Shown here one piece after another: positions 13,026-24,430 of a DNA stretch of 64,000 nucleotides. Both the position numbers and the translations under genes were made by a program. The notes under the pieces were generated by a model. It searched no databases, had not been told where the DNA came from, and was given only the letters and a program-made list of their open reading frames with translations. Numbering within the stretch: position 1 is the first letter of the stretch; each line of letters starts with the position of its first letter. The DNA is from Lama glama (lineage: Eukaryota): contig CM052817.1 of NCBI GenBank assembly GCA_028534125.1, positions 94,862,001-94,926,000 of the forward strand, written 5' to 3'.

Positions 13026-15179
13026 CTTGTCTTGCTTCCTACCTGTGCTGCTTATTACTAGGCTTTCCTCTGAGTCATATTTCAAGGACTTTCAAGGGTT
13101 GTAAAGCAACCCAACGAAAGCTTTCTGCGGGTCCAGTATACCTAATGAGGTGGTGTTCTCTGAATGTTCACATAGTACTGGTTTTTTGCTTAGGTCTACC
13201 TTTCTTTTTAAGACGTGTAGCCCAAGATACCTAGATTTGATGTACTCATGAAATACACATCAGGAAGCATTGCAAAATCAGCAGAAACAATGGGGCCCCA
13301 AAGACTGACTTCCTAGCTTTTAAATTGCAGAAAATTATCCGTCTCCAAAACCGGTAGCTGAGGCCCTGTAAGAAACACATCTGCACAACCCACAGTCCTG
13401 CCCTGCTTTTGAAAGGCTTTTGTAAAATTTCTACTAAGTTCTATCCATTAATCATATTTATTCGTGAGTCACTGGAGAGTTTGCATCCAAGCCTGCAAAA
13501 ATCCCGGAAGCGTGTAGGGGTCTGTCTGCAAAATGCTTAAATAGGGAATATGAAACATTTGCTGATAATGCTTTATATTTTTGTTTTGTAACATAAAATT
13601 TTAGGATATTTTCACCCTATGGCTCTAAAGCTCCCCTTTGCTTTCCAGTGATGTTGAGCTCGTTTTGTGCAATTTAATTAACTTTCGTAAACAAGTGTGA
13701 CAGGTTTTAATTAGTCTTTAGTCATAATGGTATGATTAATGTGCTGTAGACTACTTAAAGAGTAATATTGCCATTTTTTAGATTTTGAATATCCTCATAA
13801 GTCTGTTAGTATGCCTTTGCTGGGTTTTTAATAAGCACATTAAAATCTGTTCTTGTTTATTCACTTAAATGAAAACAAGAGAAAGTTTGAGAAGCACAAA
13901 TCCCGACTCTACCCAAGAATGTGTATACTTTCATCTCTAACATTAGGAAAAATCTTTAAATTAATTATTTGTTTTCTTATTGAAAACCTTTGTCACATTT
14001 AAACATGTTCTTCAAATGAATGCTCACTACCTGCAGTAAGCATTCAAAAATTAAAAGTTAATTTCTTTCGAGTGAAAACAAAAACTAGTTTATGTCTTAT
14101 ATGTCTGAGTTTTAAAAAGGAATAGTATTACGTAAGTATATGACAGACTTTCTCTTTTGTTCTCTCTGCCCAAAAACATGCCTATGAGCTCACTATCCCT
14201 CACTGAAGAAATGAACTTGTTTTCCTTAGCGTTTGTTAGACCATTGTCTGTCATATCCATTCTTTCTGAAAGCAGCGATTAATTTGCTCATGTAGAAAGT
14301 TGCCATAACTTGACCCTTCTGCTTTATTTCCCCACCCTGACCTCTTGTCAGACTTTTCATTCTGCCACGTGATTATGTCAAATGATGGGAAGGTATTTTT
14401 CTTTGAAACTGGCTTTTCACCCATGGAAGGTTTAGGTGGGATCGGCCAGAGGACTGTTAACCAAAGATGTTAGTAAAGCTACTTTCTGTTTGATCCAAAA
14501 GGCGACAGAGCTATGGAACTCAGCTCAGAGGGATAATTTGTTTTCTGAAGGTCTCTATGTGGGAACTTACTGACTACTTTTTCTGTATTTTATGGATCTG
14601 CAAAAATAATGCAGCTCTGCTCCACATGGGGGAGGTGGCTATCAGGGTGTCATCCATTCACTGATGGGTTCATTCATTCAGGGAATGTTTAGTGGACTTC
14701 TTCTATTTGAGCCTGAGGAACTGGGCAAAGTCCAGAAATTCTGTCTTAATATGTTGATGGATTACAATGAATTGATTGCAAACATTCAGATACAGATTTA
14801 CAGTATTAGAAAGAGAGTAAAAAGGAGGAAATAGGGGCCTTTGGATTTGCATCCCAGTTACTTTCTAAGCAGGTTCAAACATCTCCTCATTTACATGTTT
14901 GTTTATTTCGTATGAGGCTGTCTCACTGTTCCCAGTATTGATCTGAAAAATGCTAAAATGCATAAACTTTCTATTTATCCATAACAGGGAATGGGGAACT
15001 ACTTAGTAACTGAATATGTTGATTAACTAATGATTTAAAAGATACATGGTGAAAATTACCAGTTTTCAAAGAATGTACATGCAAGTACATGAAAAACATG
15101 TAAATCATGCCAAGCGCTATTTATTCTTAGACACAAAGTTTGAAATATTGTAGATTTCAGGTCATCCTTGGAAATCTGT

Positions 15180-15521
15180 CAGGTTCACTCTCCCTTACCA
15201 CCCTTTATATGAAACCTTGGGACCAGGTAAGTTTCAGAATTCAGGGATTTTCAGATTTATACTTAGTCAAGAAGGTTCACATCTTACGTTTTATCTGACA
15301 ACCTTGATGGGGTCTGGGATGTACCTGGTAGTAAATATATTAATCTATCTGCAGAAGAACATCTGACTATTCCAACTGAGCAGGATAAAGACTGTAAACT
15401 TCTTCCCAGCAGTTCAGGTCTAGTTTTGCTGGCAATAAGTTTTGCACAGAACTTATTAAAAAGCTTTTGCTTTTGAAAGCTTTTTGGATTTCACAATTTC
15501 CTAGGAGAGGCTGTGGACCTC
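15180..15521 (+). mobile_element. Tigger-family MITE (MER46C-like)
   Basis: Terminal inverted ends caggttcac... and ...gtggacct. Internal aaaccttgggaccag, ggggtctggg, agttcaggtc, gctttttggatttc follow the recalled consensus. Confidence 0.7.
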
Positions 15522-17303
15522 TTAGATCACAGCACTGCGCTTTCGCGTCTCATTTGTCTGGCAAGTGAGTTCAACAGCAACTTTTAGGGACAGAGCTGGG
15601 AATGCAAAATTAAGCAAAAATGACTTCTGAGCTTCTAAGAAAATTGTTACCAAGTGCCACGTGCTTGAGTCATAAAATCATCAAAGTTTTCGAAGTTGGA
15701 GGAACCCTTGGAATCATTCAACCTAGCTCCTCCATTCCTCAGTCAGGAAACTAGAGCCTGGAGAGACAAAATAATTGGTGTGGGGTTGGTTAGCCGCACA
15801 GAGCCATACTGACATTGAATTATATTGTATCAAATTAATCTTCATTATTTAACAAGTCTGATATTTCGCTGTTGGTGTTCCCAGAAGGTTCAAGTTTCTG
15901 AGTGACAGTGAGCAGTGGATTAGAAAGACGGAGGACAGGAGGGCACAGCAGAGGCCGATTTATTGAGAAGTGGAAACTGATAGTGGGAGTTGGAAAGGAG
16001 CAGATTTGTGGGGCAGAAACAACTTCATACCAGCACATTCCCTGAAGGCCAGACAGCACAACCAATGGATTCATGTCTGGGTAACAGTACCTGCCTCTTG
16101 TTCAGGCGCTCTCCATCAAAGGAAAAGTAGTGCTTTTCCATGAACACAAAGCACAGGTCTGCATGGCACTACTTGTCACCTACTGTTCACCATGGGTTAG
16201 ATTTGTTTCTTTCAAAACATCCCCAATATCGAAGTATAAAATAATTATAAAAGTATTATTAAAAAGTATTATAAAAGTATTATCTCTTCTCAAGGATAAT
16301 TTCAATCAAGTGGAATTTCAGAAGGAGAGACACGGAACAGCAGCATCAATGTTATTGATGATTAGAATTCTTTTTGGGAAAAAAAATCTCCCGGTGTGAA
16401 AACAAAATACAGAGGAGATCCTGTTTTCAAAGGCGAACACTAAGACGTTGAGAAAAAGATAAATTTATATTTAAAAAAGCAAGGATGTGTGAAACATATT
16501 TTTAAAGATTATCCATCAAATTTGGACAATCTTGACCTCTGTTAGAATTCAGATATCCCTGAGAAAAATCGCTCTTCTCCTTACCCGTCTGTTTAGTTTA
16601 GCGGGAACAAATTGCAGCTTCTTTCTCAGGTACAGATCTTGGTGGTGAGAAAGTTTGAGAATCTTTGGGTTCAGAGAAGAAACAATTGTTTTAGGCAGAG
16701 AGAGAAAAAGAAAGGCAGAACCTGAGAGAGTTTAAGCACTGAAAAGAAATCTCTGGTTTTGTAATCTGGCCCACATTAAAGTAGTAACTTCCAGAATCAA
16801 GCTCTTTTGTCAGACTGTAGGATTTTATGGTCTTGTTCAAGAGTTTTGAAATCTTACTCATTTGCTTATACTATTGATAATGCAATCCTATGTTCCTCAT
16901 TCTCTCTTTAAAATGAAGAAACTTGGATCAGATGGAACAGAGATAAAATATCTTCCTAATCTCAATCCTCCCAGAATATAAATGACCAGAACAAGTGCTA
17001 CTTTATTTATCCCCCCTTTTAATAGTAGAAATAAAGAATAATGAGTGATATATTTATGAGAATTTCTGAGTATAAAAGTTGATTCATGGTTTAAAAACTG
17101 TGGAGCTAATTAAAGAATTAACAAAAGATCACTGTGGTTACAATGGTTGGTTCTTGGAAATTGAATTTAAGATTATAGTTAAGTAATTGACTTTGAAGCA
17201 TGTAATATATTATACCAACTGCTTCTATGTATGTGGATCTTATATAGCTTGTGGGCCAGAGTAAAGTATACTTAAGACATGCTATGTGGTGATGACTTAG
17301 ATT

Positions 17304-17519
17304 AAGGGTTGGCAAACTGCAGACTGAATCTGGCCCACTGCCTGTTTTTAAAAATAAAGTTTTATGGGAACATAGCCACACCGTTTCTTTACAGATTATC
17401 TGTGGCTACCTTTGTGCTACAACAGTGGACTTGACTACTTGCCACAGAGAGACTCTACGGCCCTCAAAGTCTTAAATATTTACAGTCTGACCCATTAGAA
17501 ATAAAGTTGATTGACCCTG
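17304..17519 (+). mobile_element. hAT-Charlie MITE MER58A-like
   Basis: agggttggcaaact...atctggcccactgcctgttttt..aaataaagttttat.ggaaca.agccacac...gaccctg. Confidence 0.85.
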
Positions 17520-17970
17520 GATTTAAGTGGTCAATTAGTTATTCTCAGTGCACTCCTCTCTTAGAAATTATATCGATGCAAATCTTTGAAGACATTAGAC
17601 TATCATTTACAAATGGTATTTTAACAAAATTAGGGATATCTTGAAAAAGTTAGCACTCTCTAAATGCACACTTCAGCCTTATCTCGAATCCTAGTTTATT
17701 TGTGGTTGATATTGCCAGAGCTTTGAATTTTTTAGGATATCATTACACAGAACAATTTTTGAGAGTCCCTATTTGGAACCAGCGAGGAGGAAGTGTCCTA
17801 GGTGCTTTTGATTGTGTTTTTGTAACTTTATACCACAATGACTTAGGTAGGGTTTCCGTTAGTCCCTGACACACCTAGGACTTGTACACATATCTCAACT
17901 CCCAATCTGTCGTTTTGACTCTCTGGATATTCTGCTACTTTCTGCCTTTAATGGTGCAGCATTGCCCTTA

Positions 17971-18420
17971 TAGGCAGACCTCATTTTATTGCATTTGGCA
18001 GATTTTTTACAAATTGAAGGTTTGTAGCAACCCCACGCAGAACAAGCCTCTCGGTGCCGTTTTTCCAACAGCATTTCCTCACATCTTGTTTCTCTGTCAC
18101 ATTTGGGTAATTCTTGGAATATTTCAAACTTTTTCATAGTATTAGGTTTGTTACAGTGATCTGTGATCTTTGATGTTACTACAGCTTGCTGAAGGCTCAG
18201 ATGATGGTTAGAAATTTTTAGCAATAATACATTTTTAAGCTAAGGTATATACGTTGTTTTTTTAGAATGCTATTGCACACTTAATAGACTACAGGATAGT
18301 GTAAACATAACTTTTATATGCACTAGGAAACCCCAAAACTCATGTAATTTGCTTTATTGTGATGTTCACTTAATTGCAGTGGTCTGGAACTGAACCCACG
18401 ATAGCTCCGTGGTCTGCCTG
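17971..18420 (+). mobile_element. Tigger1 internal-deletion MITE (Tigger1a_Art-like)
   Basis: Tigger1 5' end (ttttttacaaattgaaggtttgt.gcaacc) fused to its 3' end (tgaaggctcagatgat...gctattgcacacttaatagactaca). TIRs taggcagacc and ggtctgcctg, with ta on the left and ca on the right. Confidence 0.88.
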
Positions 18421-18691
18421 CATATTACTGCACCTGTGCACTACACAGAACAGCCCAGGAACACTCTTCATGAGTTACATCCTGCACTGTAGCACGAACC
18501 CCCTTACACTGACATTGCCCCTCCACGTAGAGCAAAAGCTCCTGAGGGACAGGAACCATCCTGATGCCATCTTCCCACATGCCAGACTTTGGCACCATTG
18601 GCTGTACAAGACTGATATTTTCATCAAACAGTATATCTAAAACATTTTCATCCTCTGCCCATGCTTAATTGTTAAAGTAGGTATTAAATTA

Positions 18692-18805
18692 CGAGTGGCT
18701 GCTTAATTTATCCTCCAAACTGGGATACCTTTGGGAGTGAAAGGAAAAGGTATATTAGAGCACAGGCCAGAACTATGTCTGGCAAACTAGGACCGAGGTC
18801 GCCTG
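18692..18805 (+). mobile_element. hAT-Blackjack MITE (MER81-like)
   Basis: aatttatcctccaaactgggatac.tttgggagtgaaagg...ggcaaactaggac..aggtcgcct. Confidence 0.6.
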
Positions 18806-19318
18806 AAGTTTTTTTGCCTTTAAAATTATAAAATTTCCTTAATTATACCAGGTTTGATTATTAACTGTTTATCATAAAATAGACATGAAAACGACCTTGA
18901 GGATGGCAACAAAATGACTAAGAACAAAAGCTGTTTGAAGAATTGAAAGAATTTCAGGGAACTTGTAATGTGTGCCTGATAAAAGTAACAGATGACTGAG
19001 CCTCCTTTCTGTCTCCCACTTCCATAGTATCGTCTCTTTTCAGTCATCAAGGAAAGCAGGTAGCTGTCACGAAAGACAAAGGCCAGTAAAAGAAGAAGGA
19101 GGAAAAAGAGAAGGGGGGAAGAAGAGTTGTGTCCAGGATTAGGAAAGAAGATCTTGCACAAACCATCTTGTTTTATTTTTACTCATTTTTAATCAGTGTT
19201 GGTTTTTTTTTAAAGCATAATTAAGCATGCATTGATCTTACAATAAGCTTTACTTATACAGTAAAATTTGAGCACGTGGTAAATTATGCAGCTCACTATA
19301 TTAAGCCAGGACTTTCCA

Positions 19319-19412
19319 GTCCACCCAAAGTTTCCAGTAAAGCTCTGTTTGACCTTTGTATAAAAGACCACCTTTACTAGGTGACTTATTTTTGCTGCCC
19401 TCTTGGGTGGTC
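19319..19412. promoter_or_regulatory. Cluster of GLI-type binding motifs (candidate Hedgehog-responsive enhancer)
   Basis: Perfect TGGGTGGTC at 19404-19412, GTCCACCCA at 19319-19327, GACCACCTT at 19366-19374. Confidence 0.55.
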
Positions 19413-20479
19413 AAATGAGGCCGATTGCCCTGCTGAACAACATACAACCTTCTTTTTGCCAACTGAACATTACACTGGGATGTGGCTTGGAGGAACAGTT
19501 TCTCAATACTATAAACAACGGCTTTCTTGGAACAGCTTGTTGCTGAAGCATAAAGAGAGGTTACTCTTGGTTTAGCCCTCAGTAGCGTATGAATTGGTTA
19601 AGGAAGTAAGTGTGGCTGGCCCACCAAATTACAGTGGCCATAATATAATTAAGTTCAGGATCCTCCCTGGAGGCTCTGAGAAGTATTATTATGACACCAG
19701 GCTGAAAGAAAAGGAATTTCTGCAGAGCCAGGAAATTAGTCAGAAGCAGTCTTTAGGGGAAATGTTGCAAAGTCAAAAAAGAAAAATCAGTAGAAACGGC
19801 ATAAGAGTGATTCAAGGAAAGGGGCTGGTTAAAATACAGTATTTCGTTATCTTGTGATCCTGAGTATATTAAGTCATTACCTTTCAAAAGAGTAGTGTAT
19901 CTTGGGATTAAATATGCTATTGGAGTTCAGATGGGGGAAGAAATGGAGGATTAAAGATGTTTTTAAAATGTTGAAAACAAAAGGAAATTAGGAAATGATC
20001 CTGAAAGGAATTATCAGGAGGGCTTTTGCTGTTTCCTTATCCATATTAAATTGTGCTTAGAAATAAAGTTTTAATAACAACTTACACTTTAAGATATAGA
20101 CTTAGTATAGACTATTAAAAGGTTATTAAAGATGTGAGTGACTGCATGGAAAGAGAGGGACAAAGGAACGAGAATTGGAGCTGTTTGCTGGCTCCCTCTA
20201 AGGCCACAGCACTCAGCAAAGAGCCTGTGTGATTGTCGGATCTTCCCAACAAGACCTTAGTCTGGCTTCAACAGTCACAGGGACAAAAGGTTTCTCAGAA
20301 TACGTATGAAAGCCGAAACACTGAAAAGAAAGATGTTGAGCCTGGATTTCTTTCCAAATCGTTCCTGTTCAAGGCATCACTCTTTATCTCTTAGGCTCCA
20401 TGACAGATTGGCTTGAAATAAATGATCAAGCCTTCAGGGCAAGGGTGGTCTATTCTTTGGTAATAGACCACAGCTTTGT

Positions 20480-20715
20480 CACTCCGTGTATTGTGATAGT
20501 CAGCCAGTCCTCTTATCATTCATTGGTTACAACTGAATGATGTAGTGGGTAATCCTGCTTATGTCTGTCTGTCTAGGCATCAGCCATCCATGCAATGACT
20601 GCTTCGATATCCTAATAACATCCATGTGTCCTGCCCAGGAAAGCCACATGGCAGTAAACATTGCTTGCATGTAAAGTAGGGTGCTTTGGTGGTAGAGGGG
20701 AAGGGCTGCCACTCA
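20480..20715 (-). mobile_element. Ancient RTE-clade LINE remnant (L4/MamRTE-like)
   Basis: Minus-strand translation MQAMFTAMWLSWAGHMDVIRISKQSLHGWL resembles the RTE ORF C-terminal LRWAGHV..M...RIPKQLLYGEL motif. Confidence 0.5.
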
Positions 20716-21349
20716 CTTAAAGTATGACCCCACAGATGGTGCTGCTCAAACAAATCAAGGGACTAAATGTAGTATCTGGCAAATCCACCTCTTCTCCAAC
20801 CAGTCTTCTACGTACTTTGGTTTAGAGTAGACATTAATGCATTGACTATAAACTAGTATAAACTTAATGCTTAATTTCTTCCAACCTCTTGGCGGGTATT
20901 TTAATCTCCTACAAGTAGGAATCAAGAAAATGTATTAGAGATGCTCAAGAATCAGTGAGCCTTATATGGTAAAGGGGAAGCCAACCAATTCTTTCTTTCT
21001 ATGTGGGGTCGCCCCAGATTAAACTGGTGCTTCTGTGTTTTCGTTCTTGGAACAATCCATCACATCGTATCCCCCCACCACGAAGCCATGAAAGTCATTT
21101 GGTCTAGTTAGCACTTCAGGTGCTTCAGGTGCCTAATAAGTTTTCGGAATCTTTCTGCTATTGACCTCTAGGCCGTTTCAGCATTATCAAAGTTAACTTT
21201 GATACCTTTCACTTCATTTGCATATACCTTTTAACTGGAGAGGGAAGCAGATACACTGTTTTGAAGTTTTACTGTATTTCAGAGACTTTTTAAGATACAC
21301 CCCCCACCCTTAATTCTGGGTATGACTATTAATATTCTTATAATTTGGG

Positions 21350-21470
21350 TATTAATATTCCTATTTTATAGATAAGAAAACTCATGTTCAGAAAAGTTAA
21401 GTAGTCTTCTTACAATGTATATCTAGTAACTGACAGAACTAGGATTCAAATTCCCGTCTGTCTGACTCTA
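21350..21470 (-). mobile_element. MIR SINE fragment
   Basis: cctattttatagataagaaaact...aagttaagta...ggattcaaattccc.tctgtctgactc. Confidence 0.7.
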
Positions 21471-23103
21471 GTAATTGTGAAATAACCATCCAAAAACCAA
21501 CCTGTGAATATTTGAAGACCTTTTGCTCCAGAATCAGCACTGATCTCCAACAATCCTGTCTTCAGTGAGCATTCCATAATAAACTAACACAAAGCTAGAC
21601 TCAGATCATGTTTCTGCTCCCGTCAGCCTCTGTTCCCAAGTATGGGTCAACCTTGAAACAGCTAGTTAAGCAGAAAGAGACGCCAAGCCCGACTTGGCCT
21701 GGAGCTTTGTGATTGTAAAGGAAGTTAAGTGTGGCATGCTGGAAGAGCCCCAGTTTGATGTCAGTTGACAAAATGTCCTTCTTTAGAATTGGAGAGTCTT
21801 TTATGTTTTTGTTTTTTGAAGTCCCAAGCAGCCAACAGGTGAAAATGCATTATTCATGCAAGTCTTGGGGAAAAGGCTCACCTGTGAATGAGATAAGGCT
21901 CTCTCTATCTTAGATGAATGGGGAGTTTGATTTTTCTGCCAAAACAAATGGGGAGTCTAAATATTAGAACTTACAGAGGAGCGTTAGGCCCTTCTAATGT
22001 ATTTGAAGAAACCTGAGGCTCTTTTGTTCTTTTATTTTCCCAAGTCCACTTCGTAGTCCAAAAGACACATGTCTTGGGGAGCATGTTAAATGTCAGAGAG
22101 ATATGTCAACTTGTAGACATTAATTAACTCCACCAGATGAAACAGTTGCAGAATGGGATGAATGAGGAAGGGCATCATCTAAGAAGTTATATGCAAGAAT
22201 AGAAGAACTGAGAATTGTTTCTCATACAGACAACACTTCTCAAGTTTCCTGTCTCCTATTCTGCATAAGTCATCATTACTTGGAGACTGGATGTGGGAAA
22301 AGGCTGTAGACATTTTATGGGTTTAAAGTAAGAGCACCAAAAAACTTTAACTATAAATATCATCAGGGCACTCATTTCTCCAACAAGTTTGGTGTGTTAT
22401 AAATGCCTTCTAGGGCCCATGCCACACCATTAGGGGGATGTCATTTGGGAGCTGCTTTTAGCTACTTAAACCATTTCAGGGACAGATCAGTGCTTTCCAA
22501 AGAGCTTGGGTCACACAAATGAAAAAAATCTTTTTACAAGTTGTTGGATTAGGTCATAGAGTCGTCTCGGTCCATAGTGTTTAAGCTTCGCCGGCACACG
22601 TGCGATTCACAAAGATAGTTTGACTTCAGGGGGCTTTTATTAATGTATTTTATTTCACCCAGAAGGTGTTCTTTATGACAAACAGGAAACCTCACTAAAT
22701 ATAACCCAAAGTTTAAGCAATGGAAAGGCACATAGATGATGTCGTACATTATAAATATTTTTTGTACTTGCTGGTTTATTTCTGAGGAAATTATGAGAGT
22801 GACATCATAATGATGACTGACTTTTATTAGTGTTTTTGCTCTGAAGCTCTAGACCAGTAGTTATGAAGAAAAACAAATTGTCTAGTGTTATCCCTTAATG
22901 CTTTACCTGATGTTTTCTAGTGACATTAATCCTAGGAAGTAATTCTAGGACGACTAAATTATCATCAGTTCTCTTTTACACATTTGTCATGAAAAACAGC
23001 ATAATAGCAAAGCACACAATTTCTTAAAACTCATAATGGGACGTAATGACCTTGTATTTTTGTCTAAACTACTGCTTGGATTAGTCTACAAATCAAAGAA
23101 CAA

Positions 23104-23166
23104 TTTTATTTATTTTTATTGAAGTATAGTTGATTTACAACATTGTATTAGTTTCTGGTGTACAGC
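23104..23166 (-). mobile_element. Very short L1 3' tip
   Basis: ttttattgaagtatagttgatttacaacattgtattagtttctggtgtacagc. Confidence 0.8.
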
Positions 23167-24224
23167 TTTACTGCAGATGCCACACATGAGAAAACCAAAT
23201 GCCATCAGCAATGCCCCTTCCAGAGCCTTCACCCTGGAAGTCACTTTGTCACACATGCCATCAAATGAGAAACAAATCAGACACTTTATGCGACAACTGT
23301 TTTCCACTTAAAACCATCAAAACAGAAAAAATAGATTTTCCTATCAAAATGAAAAAATTATGAGTGTTTAGAAAGGATAATTGAGTTGTCATTTCTTTTA
23401 GAGCTGGCCTGGTATATTTCAAAAGTGGCGTTTGGTCTGAGGTTATAGCTCTGTTAGGATAATTGATGAATGAATAAATGCTTATTCGTCCCTGGATAGA
23501 ACCCTAAAGTCTCAATCCTTCCTCTCGCTGATGGATGGCACCCTCGTTGCCTACTGCCTACGTGAACTGCTGGTCCATCCCTCTGCCCCCCACCATGAGG
23601 AAGACAAGGGCTGATTAGTGAGCAACTAAAAGTAAATAAAAATTTTTATTTTGTGCATTTTTCACTAAAAAAGAAATGTTACAAAGTAGAAGTTATAATT
23701 CATTTACAATAGGAAAAAGAAAAAAAAAAAACCCTGAAGTTCAAGTGTGCTAAATTACTTCCCCAAGGTCAAACAGCCTATAAGTCATAAAGCGAGGATT
23801 CAAATCCAGCTCTCAATTAAAAACCCACATTTATTTCACTGTGCTGAACCTGTGCCCTCAGATCTCCAAAACTTTCCACAATCAGGGCAAGAATGGGAGA
23901 GTGGGTGCACCTTTATACTCTTCCGTTGCATTTCTCTTCTCCCAAAGAATCATACCCGATATTAATAAAGTGTCTCTCTGGGAGATGCCGCTCTTTCTTT
24001 CCTTGGATTTTTCTATCTTCTCATTGTCTGGCCCCCGAAGTCTCAGCTTGAATGTCCATCTTCAGAGAGGCTTTCCCTATCCCCCTGGTCTAAATTAGAT
24101 TTTCCCAATATGCTTTCCCAAAATGCAATTATGTATTTGTTTGGAGGCTTACTTGTCCAAAGTTCCTTTCCCCAACTAGACCATGGTAGCCCAGCCATGA
24201 TATAGAGCAACTGGCCAACTTTTG

Positions 24225-24430
24225 TTGAGCATCAGTCGTGCATCGGCGCCCACTCTGCACTCTGTTCACTACCTCCCAACAACTTATGAGACAGGAAATG
24301 TCCCTATTTTGAAGGTGGTTCAAATGGGACAAGAGAAGCTAAGTAACTTTCTCATGTCAAGAAGCTAGCAAGTGGAGGAGCCAGGTTGCAAATCTAGGCA
24401 GTCTAAATCCCTGGGCCCATCCTCTTGACA
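24225..24430 (-). mobile_element. MIR SINE
   Basis: tgttgagcat...caacttatgagacagg...gagaagctaagtaactttctca.gtca...aaatctaggcagtct. Confidence 0.65.

Noticed and set aside
12321..13234. Overlapping ORFs at the CpG island
   Set aside because: Low-complexity R/P/G/A-rich translations typical of stop-poor GC DNA, with no supported exon structure.
23170..23310. CxxC-containing minus-strand ORF as a zinc finger or RTE tail
   Set aside because: The ORF starts in unique DNA and ends within an L1 tip. The similarity is too weak to call.
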